Assembly (NCBI GenBank): GCA_963713975.1
Contig: OY970218.1
Span: 3,328,001-3,392,000 of the forward strand
Origin: an uncultured Chloroflexia bacterium
GTDB taxonomy: Bacteria; Chloroflexota; Limnocylindria; Limnocylindrales; CSP1-4
Length of the DNA stretch: 64,000 bases
Direction of reading: 5' to 3'
Within the stretch, counting starts at the first letter, position 1; each line of letters opens with the position of its first letter. Below, in pieces: positions 10,308 through 19,061 of the stretch. The notes under the pieces are model-generated. The model was not told the origin of the DNA and made no database searches. It saw nothing but the letters and a program-made list of their open reading frames with translations. Made by a program: the position numbers and the translations under genes.

Positions 10308-12130
10308 GGGTAGTCCGGCACGGCGGGAAGCAAATGCACGTCCGAGACGAGGTCGGGCGTGTTGATGGCGTTGTGGGCGATGCGGCGAAACAGCTCGAAG
10401 ACCATCACCGGCATCTCTAGATGGCCGAGGCGGACGACCGTCGGCGTGCCCTCCTCGATCCGGACCGCGATCGCGAGGTCCGGCCGGCCGGGCTGACGGG
10501 CGACATAGCCGACGAACGAGTAGTTGAACAGGTTGACCTTCCAGGCCTTCTTGGCACTGTCCCAGATCTGGGCGGTCCCGGTCTTGCCACCCACCTCGAA
10601 CCCCGGGATCAGCGTCCGAGTGCGGTAGAAGTCCACCTCCGTCACGACGTGGTTCATGAGCTTGGTGAGGGACGTCGCCAGCTTCTCCGACATGACCCGC
10701 TCATGCGCCACCGGCGCGGTCTCACGATCCCCGACCGCCTTGACGACGCGCGGCTGGACCAGGATCCCCCCGTTGAGCATGGCCGAGTAGGCTTGGGCCA
10801 GCTGGATCGGCGTGACGGCGACGCCCTGTCCGAAGGCACCGTTCGCAAGGTCGATCTCGCGCCACCGGGTCACGGCGGGGTCCCTGACGATCCCCGCCAC
10901 CTCGCCCGCCACGTCGATGCCCGTGCGGGCGCCAAAGCCCAGCTTCCGCCAGGTGTCGTACAGCCGCGTGCTCGCCTGGGTCGTGGTCTTGCCCAGCTTG
11001 AGGGCCACCTTGGCGGCGACGACGTTCCGCGAGTAGGCGATCGCGTCCTCGAACGTCATCGGGCCCATCGCCTTGTGGTCGGCATCGTCGACGCGGGAGC
11101 GGCCACCGTCCACCCGCAACGTCCCGGTGTCGCGGATCTTCGTCTTCATGGTCACCGTGCCCGTGCCCAGGGCGGCGGTCGCGGTCATCATCTTGAACAC
11201 CGAGCCCGGCTCGTAGACGGTGGACACGACGGGGTCCACGAACACGCCGGGGTCGTCGGCAGCGATCGCCTGGTACTCGTTGGCGTCGTAGGACGGGTAG
11301 CTCGCGTAGGCGTAGACCTCACCCGTGTATGGATCCATGACCACGGCGGAGACACGCTTCGCGCGGTCGGCGATCCAGGCCGACAGGAGCTCCTGTTCCA
11401 CGGCCACCTGGAGCGACGCGTCGATCGTGAGGGTCAGGTTCTGGCCGGGATACCCATCCTCGATCACGGTCGAGGTATCCGGCACGGCGTTGCCGGAGGA
11501 ATCCCTCTGCGCGGCGACGACCGTTTCGAGGCCCGCGAGATCGTCCTGGTAGAACTGCTCAACCCCGTATTGCCCGGCTCCCTCCCGGTTGACGAAGCCG
11601 AGCAGGTGCGCGGCGAGTGTCGAGCGCGGCCCGCCGCCAGGCTGGGGATAGAGCCGCAGCTGCTCGGGCTCCAGGATCAGGCCGGAAAGCTCGGGGTCCT
11701 TGCCGGCGGACATCGCACGGATGCGATCGGAGATCTCGGGTTCCAGGTCCCGGGCGAGGATCCTGTACGGCGAGTCGGACATCATCCGAGAGGTCAGGGT
11801 CGTCGCCGCGTCGCCCTCGAGACCGAGCAGCTTGACCAGGCTCGCCGCCACCTCGATCCGACGCAGGCGCGAGAGCGAACTCGGGTTCGCTGCGAGACGG
11901 TCGCGGGAGACGCTGGTCGCCAGGACCACCGTCCCGGTCCGGTCGTAGATCGAGCCGCGCTTGGCGGGGATCTCATAGCGCATCGACGACTGCTGGAGCG
12001 CCTTGGCGGCGAGCTCATCGCGGCGCACGACCTGCCAGTACGCGAGACGCGCGCCGAGACTGCCCGCGATCACAACGAAGGCAACCAGGAGCAGCAGTGC
12101 CCGGGTACGGGAGTCGGTCCGGCCAAGCAT
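10304..12130 (-). CDS. ftsI: Class B penicillin-binding protein (FtsI/PBP2-3)
   Basis: RGSIYDR; SxxK (EPGSVFK), SxN (SRN) and KTG (GKTGTAQ) motifs. Confidence 0.93.
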   Translation of the reverse strand: MLGRTDSRTRALLLLVAFVVIAGSLGARLAYWQVVRRDELAAKALQQSSMRYEIPAKRGSIYDRTGTVVLATSVSRDRLAANPSSLSRLRRIEVAASLVKLLGLEGDAATTLTSRMMSDSPYRILARDLEPEISDRIRAMSAGKDPELSGLILEPEQLRLYPQPGGGPRSTLAAHLLGFVNREGAGQYGVEQFYQDDLAGLETVVAAQRDSSGNAVPDTSTVIEDGYPGQNLTLTIDASLQVAVEQELLSAWIADRAKRVSAVVMDPYTGEVYAYASYPSYDANEYQAIAADDPGVFVDPVVSTVYEPGSVFKMMTATAALGTGTVTMKTKIRDTGTLRVDGGRSRVDDADHKAMGPMTFEDAIAYSRNVVAAKVALKLGKTTTQASTRLYDTWRKLGFGARTGIDVAGEVAGIVRDPAVTRWREIDLANGAFGQGVAVTPIQLAQAYSAMLNGGILVQPRVVKAVGDRETAPVAHERVMSEKLATSLTKLMNHVVTEVDFYRTRTLIPGFEVGGKTGTAQIWDSAKKAWKVNLFNYSFVGYVARQPGRPDLAIAVRIEEGTPTVVRLGHLEMPVMVFELFRRIAHNAINTPDLVSDVHLLPAVPDYP

Positions 12131-12143
12131 CGATGGGGTCGCC

Positions 12144-12527
12144 CTAGCGGGCCGCGACGATCTCGGGCTCCGGCAGCGGGCCAAGCCCGGCGTCGATCGC
12201 CTGCTTGCGGATGGCCGGTGCCTTGCCGAGACGGTTCAGCGAGTTGCGGAGATCCTCGGCGCGTGCGTCGAGGCGGCGGTTCTGGGTCGTCAGGCGGTCC
12301 AACTCGTATCCCGTGGCCGACACGCGGATGTCCTGCGACAGGGAGAAGAACGCGCCCGAGAATGCCACGACGATCGCGGCCAGGAGGATCGCGATGCGGG
12401 ACGGGCCGCGCCGGGCGCGGACGGCTGCCCGAGCCCTGCGGCGCGGAAGCGCCGGAGCCTGCACCTCGATCCGCGGCCGACGCGGCAGGACGATGGTGCG
12501 CGGTCGCGCACCCTGGTAGACGGCCAC
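12144..12527 (-). CDS. ftsL: FtsL-like small bitopic coiled-coil protein
   Basis: Basic N-terminus, single TM, GYEL...coiled coil, A..GL ending; canonical position before ftsI. Confidence 0.7.
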   Translation of the reverse strand: MAVYQGARPRTIVLPRRPRIEVQAPALPRRRARAAVRARRGPSRIAILLAAIVVAFSGAFFSLSQDIRVSATGYELDRLTTQNRRLDARAEDLRNSLNRLGKAPAIRKQAIDAGLGPLPEPEIVAAR

Positions 12528-12530
12528 CGG

Positions 12531-12725
12531 TCAGTCGCCCAAGGCGTAGCGCACGCGCGGGGCACGGAGATCCAGGAACGCGAACCGGTCGGCGATCACG
12601 GCGGGGTCAAGATCCTCGAGATCGGCATCGACATCGGGCACGGCGTCACGCTGACGGCGCTCGGCCAGCTCGTGCTGGCGGCGACCGTAGGACTTGCGAC
12701 GATTGGACTGGTGGCGCTGGCTCAC
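12531..12725 (-). CDS. Hypothetical 64-aa protein between rsmH and ftsL
   Basis: GTG at 12725 with strong SD GGAGGAGGAG; ends 3 nt before the ftsL start. Confidence 0.7.
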   Translation of the reverse strand: MSQRHQSNRRKSYGRRQHELAERRQRDAVPDVDADLEDLDPAVIADRFAFLDLRAPRVRYALGD

Positions 12726-12833
12726 GGGACTCCTCCTCCGTGGGCGGACCGGCGGGATCACCGGTTCGATGCGTGACGCGGGTCGGCTCGTTGGGCTGCC
12801 GCTCTGTTCGTCCGGTCCGCTACCTCCCGCGCT

Positions 12834-13778
12834 TCATGCGGCGAGCCGTTCGGCCGCGCGAAGGCGCGCGCTGCGGGCCCGCGGGTTCGCGCTGACCTCC
12901 TCGTCGGTGGGGGTCAGCGAAGGACGAGTCACGAGACGGAGCCGCGGCGTCTTGCCGCACACGCACACGGGCGCCTCGGGCGCGCAGGTGCAGCCGCGGC
13001 GCTCCGCTGCCAGGAACCGCTTGACGATCCGGTCCTCGAGCGAGTGATAGGAAAGGACGACGATGCGCCCGCCCGGCCGAAGCAGGTCCACGGCCGCGGT
13101 GAGGCCTTCCTCGAGTGCGTCGAGCTCCTCGTTGACCGCGATGCGCAGTGCCTGGAAGACGCGGGTGGCCGGGTGGATCCGGCGGCGGATGCGCGGATTT
13201 CCGGGCAGCGTGTGCTCCACGAGCGCCGCGAGCTCCTCCGCTGTACGGATGGGATGCATGGTCCGCTCGGCGACCACCGCCTGGGCGATCCTCCACGCGG
13301 AGGGCTCCTCGCCGTAGCGGCGGAACAGGGCCGCCAGCTCGTCGGCGGAGAGGGTCTCGAGCAGGTCGGCTGCGGGGACGCCGCGGCCCGTGTCGAAGCG
13401 CATGTCCAGGGGACCGCCGGCTCGAAAGCCGAAGCCGCGCTCGCGGTCGGCCAGTTGGAACGAGGACAGCCCGAGGTCGAACAGGGCCCCGTCCACGACC
13501 CCGAAACCCGCGTCGGGCGCGACCTCCGCCAGCTCGCGGAAGTTGGCGCGGCGCAGGACCAGGCGATCCCCGAAGCGCGCCAGGCGGACTCTCGTGCGCT
13601 CGACCGCGGCATCGTCCGCATCCAGTCCCAGCACCCGGCCCTCGGGGCTGGCGGCCTCCAGGATCCGCTCGGTGTGCCCACCGCCGCCGACCGTCGCGTC
13701 GATCTGCAGGCTGCCGGATGCCGGGGCCAAGGTCGCGAGGACCTCGGCCGGCATGACCGGCTTGTGCCCTTCCTGCAT
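12834..13778 (-). CDS. rsmH: 16S rRNA m4C1402 methyltransferase
   Basis: HKPVM, DATVGGGGH, DLGLSSFQL, PLDMR, HPATRVFQALRIAVN, SYHSLEDR, NPRARSA. Confidence 0.97.
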   Translation of the reverse strand: MQEGHKPVMPAEVLATLAPASGSLQIDATVGGGGHTERILEAASPEGRVLGLDADDAAVERTRVRLARFGDRLVLRRANFRELAEVAPDAGFGVVDGALFDLGLSSFQLADRERGFGFRAGGPLDMRFDTGRGVPAADLLETLSADELAALFRRYGEEPSAWRIAQAVVAERTMHPIRTAEELAALVEHTLPGNPRIRRRIHPATRVFQALRIAVNEELDALEEGLTAAVDLLRPGGRIVVLSYHSLEDRIVKRFLAAERRGCTCAPEAPVCVCGKTPRLRLVTRPSLTPTDEEVSANPRARSARLRAAERLAA

Positions 13779-13839
13779 CACTCCTCCACAGATCGGTTGC
13801 GGATCCCGAGCGGACCCTGGAAGCGCATATGGTTCGACG

Positions 13840-14268
13840 TCAGATCCCCAGGCCCGCGATGGCCGCGGCGAAGGCGGACGAGTCCTCGAGGCCCTGGCTG
13901 TACTCGGCCCAGCGCGCCGGTGCCCAGATCTCCGCGTGGTCCCGGGATCCCAGGACCATGGCCTCGCCCTCGAGCCCGGCGAACGTGCGAAGCCCCTGCG
14001 GGAGAAGGACCCGGCCCTGGCGGTCGAGCTCCGTCTCGAAGGCTCCGGAGAACAGCTGCCGCTGGAGCAGGCGGGCGTTGGGATCAGTCATCGGCAGGCT
14101 CCCGACCTTCGTCGCGAGCTCGTCCCAGGCCGCCATCGGCAGGATCGCGAGGCAGGTGTCGAGCCACCTCGCAACCACGCATCCACCGTCGAGCTGCGTG
14201 CGGAAGCGCGACGGGACGGCGATGCGCCCCTTCTCGTCAACCGCGTGCCGGTACTCGCCGGTGAACAC
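13840..14268 (-). CDS. mraZ: Division/cell wall cluster regulator MraZ
   Basis: FTGEY, two DxxGR motifs (DEKGR, DRQGR), EIW. Confidence 0.95.
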   Translation of the reverse strand: MFTGEYRHAVDEKGRIAVPSRFRTQLDGGCVVARWLDTCLAILPMAAWDELATKVGSLPMTDPNARLLQRQLFSGAFETELDRQGRVLLPQGLRTFAGLEGEAMVLGSRDHAEIWAPARWAEYSQGLEDSSAFAAAIAGLGI

Positions 14269-14349
14269 CGCGTCCATCACTCCCTGACGTCGAGCGCGCT
14301 GGGTGGACCGTCAACCTGGGTCCCCTTGGCCGGTCGCCCGGTTGGTTCC

Positions 14350-14409
14350 CCACTTTCCACCACTTCGCGCCACTCGGAGGCATTCTAGCCCCCGCGGGGG
14401 GGTCGTCAA
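14350..14409 (-). promoter_or_regulatory. dcw promoter with three MraZ-type AGTGG boxes
   Basis: Minus strand TTGACG (14404-14409), 16 nt spacer, TAGAAT (14382-14387); AGTGG repeats at 14350, 14360 and 14370 (10-bp period). Confidence 0.8.
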
Positions 14410-14636
14410 TGGGCGAAATGGCACATCGGTGCCGGAAATGACAGCGGCCATGGGAATCTGGACGCAGGCGGACAGGAAGCTGGACGCCGGCGGCCACGAG
14501 ATCTGAACGCCGCCGGCCACGCGATCTGGACAGCCCGCCCCACGGTCCCCTCACGGACACCGTGAACATCAAGCGTCCCTCCCCACGCACGCTGGGGGTT
14601 GCTGAGACAACCCAGGGTGAGCAGAGGAGGGACGTG

Positions 14637-16130
14637 GTGAAGCATGCCGGAGACGTGGTGGAGATCCTCGAGGCGTTCGACCTGACGGGCAGCCTGCGCG
14701 AGGCGGCACGCCTCACCGGCTGCTCGCCGATGACGGTTGCCCGCTATGTCCGACTGCGCGAGCGAGGCCAGGTCGCCCCTGACCCGGTGCGTCGTGACCA
14801 GATCGTCGATCCGTACCTCGCCAAGCTCGAGGAGTGGGTCGAGCGCAGCCATGGCCGGGTCCGCGCCGACATCGCCCACGAGAAGCTGCTCGCGCTCGGC
14901 TTCGACGGCTCCGAGCGGACCACCCGACGGGCAGTCGCCGACATCAAGCACGCGTATGCGGCGGGCCACCGGCGCGTCTTCCGACCCTGGATCCCCGAGC
15001 CCGGCATGTGGTTCCAGTTCGACTGGGGCAAGGGTCCCGTGATCGCCGGCCGCGACACGCTGCTGTGGTGCGCCTGGCTCGCCTGGAGCCGGTACCGGGT
15101 GATCATCCCGACCTGGGACCGGACGCTGCCGACCGTGATCGCCTGTCTCGACGAGACCCTCCGCCGGTTCGGCGGTGCCCCCACGTACGCCCTCACCGAC
15201 AACGAGCGGACGGTCACGGTCGACCGGGTGGCCGGGATCGCGGTGAAGCACCCGATCCTCGTCGCCGCCGCCCGCCACTACGGGCTCGTCATCCACGCCT
15301 GCGTGCCGGCCGACCCGGCGTCCAAGGGCGGCTCGGAGAGCACGGTCAAGATCGCCAAGGCCGATCTGGTCCCGACCGACGCGAACCTGCTCGAGGCCTA
15401 CCCCTCGTTCACGGCCCTCCGGGTCGCCTGCGCCGCGTTCTGCACGCAAGTCAACGAGCGCCCCCATCGCGAGACCCGGCGGCCACCCCTCGAGCTGCTC
15501 GCCGACGAGCGCCGGCGGCTCCACCCCGTCCCCGTCGAGCCGTACACGGTCGCCTTCGGGCTGACCCGGGTCGTCGACGACGAGTCGACGGTCCGCCACG
15601 GCTCCGCCCGCTACTCGGTGCCGCACAAGCTCGTCGGCGAGCGGGTCTGGGTGCGGGTCGACGGCGACGAGCTCGTCGTCGTCCACCAGGGACCGCCGGG
15701 AGCCCGCGAGGTCGCCCGCCACCCGCTCACGACGCCCGGCAACCCCCGGATCGATCCGGCCCACTATCCCGAGCGCACGACCGATCCGCTCAACCCGCGG
15801 CCGCGGGCCGTGAGCCCCGAGGAGACCGCGTTCCTCGGGCTCGGCGAGGGTGCCGAGCGCTGGCTGATCCTCGCCGCCGCCTCGGGCACCGAGCGGATCC
15901 GGACCAAGATGCGCCGGGCGACCGAGCTTGCCGCCCTCGTCGGTGCCGTCCCGGTCGACGAGGCCCTGGCCCTCGCGGCCGAGGCGGGCCGCTTCGCCGA
16001 GGGCGACCTCGAGTCGATCCTCGACCACCGCCGGCTCATGGGCGACCGGGCGGGCGAGCGCCTCGGATCGGGTGACGCCGATGACACGCTCCAACCGGGC
16101 ACGGGCGCTTGGGAGGACCTGGGCCGGTGA
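14637..16130 (+). CDS. istA: IS21 transposase IstA
   Basis: N-terminal HTH; QFDWG, LTDNER and SKGGSE (DDE); RYSVP; SD AGGAGG. Confidence 0.95.
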   Translation: MKHAGDVVEILEAFDLTGSLREAARLTGCSPMTVARYVRLRERGQVAPDPVRRDQIVDPYLAKLEEWVERSHGRVRADIAHEKLLALGFDGSERTTRRAVADIKHAYAAGHRRVFRPWIPEPGMWFQFDWGKGPVIAGRDTLLWCAWLAWSRYRVIIPTWDRTLPTVIACLDETLRRFGGAPTYALTDNERTVTVDRVAGIAVKHPILVAAARHYGLVIHACVPADPASKGGSESTVKIAKADLVPTDANLLEAYPSFTALRVACAAFCTQVNERPHRETRRPPLELLADERRRLHPVPVEPYTVAFGLTRVVDDESTVRHGSARYSVPHKLVGERVWVRVDGDELVVVHQGPPGAREVARHPLTTPGNPRIDPAHYPERTTDPLNPRPRAVSPEETAFLGLGEGAERWLILAAASGTERIRTKMRRATELAALVGAVPVDEALALAAEAGRFAEGDLESILDHRRLMGDRAGERLGSGDADDTLQPGTGAWEDLGR

Positions 16131-17017
16131 CCGGCGGCCCGTCGCACGATGCCTACGAGACCCGCAGCCGGCTCCAGGGCGCCGAGGCCGCCGACGAGTT
16201 CGCCCAATGGCGCGAGCTGCCACCCCGCCTGCAGCCGGTCGCGCCACCGCCGCTGCCGCCCGATATCGCACGGCTGCTCCACAGGCTCCGCCTGCGCTAC
16301 GTCCGGCTGGCGGGACCCGCGGTCCTGGCCCGGGCGCGCGACGAGGGCTGGGACCATGCCCGGGTGCTCAAGGTCCTGCTCGCGGAGGAGGCGGCCGGCC
16401 GCGACCGGTCGACCCGGGAGCTCCACCGCAAGGCAGCGAGGCTGCCCTCGGGCAAGACGTTCGATGCCTGGGATCCTGCGGCCTCGGCGATCCCGGGCGA
16501 CGCCCAATGGGCGCTCCGGAGCCTCGACTGGATCGGGCGCGCCGAAAACCTCGTCCTGGTCGGACCGTCAGGGACCGGCAAGAGCCACTTCGCCGAGGCG
16601 ATCGCCCATGCCGCGATCGACCGCGACCTGCGGGTCAGCTGGTTCAGCCTCGAGACCCTGACCGCCACCATCGCCCGGTCGCGGATCGACGCCACCACCG
16701 GCAAGGTCGTCGAGCGGATCGTGCGCTCGGAGCTGGTCGTGATCGATGACATCGGCCTCCTGCCCGCCGGGGCGGACGAGGCCGAGGCCCTCTACCGTCT
16801 CGTCGACGCGGCGTACGAGAAGCGCTCGCTGATCCTGACCTCGAACCTCCACCCGGCCCGCTTCGACACCATCTTCCCCAAGGGCCTGGCCACCGCAGCG
16901 GTCGACCGGCTGCTCCACCACGCCCACGTCATCGTCACCGAGGGCCGGTCACATCGCCTCGCCGAGGCGCTCGACGGGCGCGGGGTCCAGGCCCTGTCCG
17001 CGGGCGAGGGCGGCTGA
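16127..17017 (+). CDS. istB: IS21 helper ATPase IstB
   Basis: GPSGTGKS, VIDDIG, TSN, DRLLHH, GRSHR; GTGA overlap with istA. Confidence 0.95.
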   Translation: MTGGPSHDAYETRSRLQGAEAADEFAQWRELPPRLQPVAPPPLPPDIARLLHRLRLRYVRLAGPAVLARARDEGWDHARVLKVLLAEEAAGRDRSTRELHRKAARLPSGKTFDAWDPAASAIPGDAQWALRSLDWIGRAENLVLVGPSGTGKSHFAEAIAHAAIDRDLRVSWFSLETLTATIARSRIDATTGKVVERIVRSELVVIDDIGLLPAGADEAEALYRLVDAAYEKRSLILTSNLHPARFDTIFPKGLATAAVDRLLHHAHVIVTEGRSHRLAEALDGRGVQALSAGEGG

Positions 17018-17216
17018 CGCCCGCTGGACGCAGCGCGACTCCACTCAGCGTCACCGAGGGAGAGAGAACGGACGGTGTCCAGTTCTCATGGCCGCCAGCG
17101 TCCAGCTCCGGCGTCCGCCAGCGTCCAGATCTCGTGACCGTCTCCGTCCAGATTCACCTGTCCCTTGACAGGAAACGGAGGAATTGCCTCCGCGCATCCC
17201 GGGCGAGGGCCGCGCC

Positions 17217-17290
17217 GGGCCCCAGGGCGCGGCGAAAGCGGGCCCCAGGGCGATGGCAAAAGCGGGCCTAGGGCGATGGCGGAGGCGGGT
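17217..17290. repeat. Three degenerate 23-24 bp tandem repeats
   Basis: GGGCCCCAGGGCGCGGCGAAAGC / GGGCCCCAGGGCGATGGCAAAAGC / GGGCCTAGGGCGATGGCGGAGGC. Confidence 0.75.
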
Positions 17291-17317
17291 GCAGGCTCCT
17301 GCGAGGAGGCGCGGGCA

Positions 17318-18394
17318 CTACCTCGTCGGCGGCGGCATGCGGATCTGGTCGCCTGCGCGGAGTCGCCCGCCGTTGGCGTACTTCGGGTTCCAGGCGTAGA
17401 TCGTCGCGATCGGATGTCCGAACCAGTTGGCGATGCTGAACAGGTTGTCGCCTGACCGGACGGTGTAGACGTAGCACTTCTTGCGGTCCGGGCACGCCGT
17501 CAGCACCGCGTACCGATCGCTCTTGGGGGTGGCGGACGGCTCGGTGGTCGGGGTCGGCGTCGGTGCGATGGTGGGCGTGGGGCTGGGGATCGGGGTCGGA
17601 GATGGCGCCGGGGTTGACGTCGGAGCTGGCGTCGGCGTCGGGGCAGGCGGCAGGGAAGCCGCGCTCGCCGGCACCGTGGCCGTTGGAACGGGGGCGGGTG
17701 TCCCTACGACGGCCTGCCCGGTGGGTTCCGGGCGGACCGAGGCAGCCGCGACGCCTGGCGAGGACGCACCGATCACGGGCATCTCGATGCCGCCCCGCTG
17801 AACCACGAAGCCGAACGACAGCGCGGCGCTCAGGACCAGGATGAGAAGTGCGGCGACTGTCGCGGTCGGCACCTGGGGCAGCGACCGGGATCGGGCCGGC
17901 GTCGCGGACATCGCACCGTGGAGGTAGCGCGGGCAATCGGCGTGGGCGGCGCGAAGGCAGACGAGCTCCTGCTGCCGGAGCGACTGGAGCCGCGGGGCGC
18001 CGATGGCAACGCACGTCTGCTCCGCGCCGGGAGCGATCGCCGGCGCCACCAGCGCCCCATCGACGTCCCGACGCAGGAACGGACAGACCGATGGATCGGG
18101 GGACCGTCCCGCCGTGTCGAGCGCCGGCGGCTCGGCACGCAGGCCGACCGGGGGAATGTCGACCGGTGACACGCCGCCCGGGGGCACGTCTACGGGCGCA
18201 ACGGGCGGCACGTCTGCGCCCCCGGGACCGGATGGCGCGTCGTCCGCGACCGGCGATGCGGATACCTCCGGGTCGGGCGTGGGCTCAGCCGGGACAGGTT
18301 CCACGCCATCCGGAACCGGGTCCTCCCGGTCCGGTGCGGCCCCGTCGTCCGCGGGCTTCTTCCTCAGCTCGAGTCCCTCCCGGTGGGTGCTCAT
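17318..18394 (-). CDS. Membrane-anchored LysM protein with Cys/His-rich cytoplasmic domain
   Basis: C-terminal LysM (YTVRSGDNLFSIA...N...LRAGDQIRMP); PT linker; TM; CPFL..C..C..H..C motif. Confidence 0.85.
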   Translation of the reverse strand: MSTHREGLELRKKPADDGAAPDREDPVPDGVEPVPAEPTPDPEVSASPVADDAPSGPGGADVPPVAPVDVPPGGVSPVDIPPVGLRAEPPALDTAGRSPDPSVCPFLRRDVDGALVAPAIAPGAEQTCVAIGAPRLQSLRQQELVCLRAAHADCPRYLHGAMSATPARSRSLPQVPTATVAALLILVLSAALSFGFVVQRGGIEMPVIGASSPGVAAASVRPEPTGQAVVGTPAPVPTATVPASAASLPPAPTPTPAPTSTPAPSPTPIPSPTPTIAPTPTPTTEPSATPKSDRYAVLTACPDRKKCYVYTVRSGDNLFSIANWFGHPIATIYAWNPKYANGGRLRAGDQIRMPPPTR

Positions 18395-18547
18395 CAGCGT
18401 CCGTGGGCCCGAGTCTAGTACCTCCGGTACCTTGTCGCGGTCGAATCGCGGGTGCTAGGCTGCGGCTCCGGCGCACCGGGATCGGCTGCGACCGCCACTA
18501 TCGTTGCTACGGCCAATACCGGCCGGGAGAGATCGAGCCCCAGGTTC

Positions 18548-18802
18548 ATGGCCCTTCCGCCCGCCACCGCGACGCCGCCGCATCAGCGCGAATCGGACGT
18601 GTCGCACCTCGCCCCTCACCGCATCAAGCGCTGCACGTATCGCCGCCTGATCTCCATCGACCGGCCTGACGAGCGCCTGTACGAGGTGGAGTGCCTCTAC
18701 CCGGACCGCAAGGTGCCGATCCCCCTGGGTGACCTCGACACCAGCATGCCGATCTGCAACGCCTGCACGGCCGCGCACATCTTCCGCGCCGACGAGGATT
18801 GA
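18548..18802 (+). CDS. Small hypothetical four-Cys (putative Zn-binding) protein
   Basis: High GC3 ORF; KRC...ECLY...CNAC; alternative start GTG 18599. Confidence 0.7.
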   Translation: MALPPATATPPHQRESDVSHLAPHRIKRCTYRRLISIDRPDERLYEVECLYPDRKVPIPLGDLDTSMPICNACTAAHIFRADED

Positions 18803-18879
18803 ACGACCCACGGCACTGCCGGGACTGACCGGCCGGGGTCTTGCGCGCATCTCAGGGGCCGAGGAGTTGCTGCGCTCAC

Positions 18880-19051
18880 GAGCGCCCGTGAGCCGCTGGG
18901 CGGCTGAACCGTCGGGTGGCGTGCATTCCGGGCCGCCTGGCGGCACACCTGTCGGTCTGACGGGTGTAACTCAGCCCGCCCAAGCGACAGACGTGCCGCC
19001 AGGCGACGCAAATCACGATGCGCCCGACCGTTGATCCGGTGGGCGGCGCTC
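18880..19051 (-). ncRNA. Candidate 6S (SsrS)-like RNA
   Basis: 172-nt rod: 18880-18886 pairs 19045-19051; 18911-18916 pairs 19023-19028; 18934-18954 pairs 18985-19005 (continuous via G-U only on the minus strand); central bubble. Confidence 0.5.
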
Positions 19052-19061
19052 CTGTCATGGC

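Larger units (their letters stand above)
14439..17170 (+). mobile_element. IS21-family insertion sequence (2732 bp)
   Basis: Ends TGACAGCGGCCATGGGAATCTGGACG / revcomp TGTCAAGGGACAGGTGAATCTGGACG; TSD GGAAA at 14434-14438 and 17171-17175; four subterminal CTGGACG-type repeats at about 23-bp spacing at each end; istA-istB. Confidence 0.95.

Noticed and set aside
10421-12895. Very long antisense and alternate-frame ORFs (824 aa here, and many others)
   Set aside because: Shadow ORFs expected in about 72% GC DNA opposite well-supported genes; Arg/Gly/Pro-rich with no motifs.
14450-14535. Regularly spaced CTGGACG repeats resembling a mini-CRISPR or iteron array
   Set aside because: They are mirrored at 17076-17151 and are the standard IS21 subterminal transposase-binding repeats; no cas genes or unique spacers.
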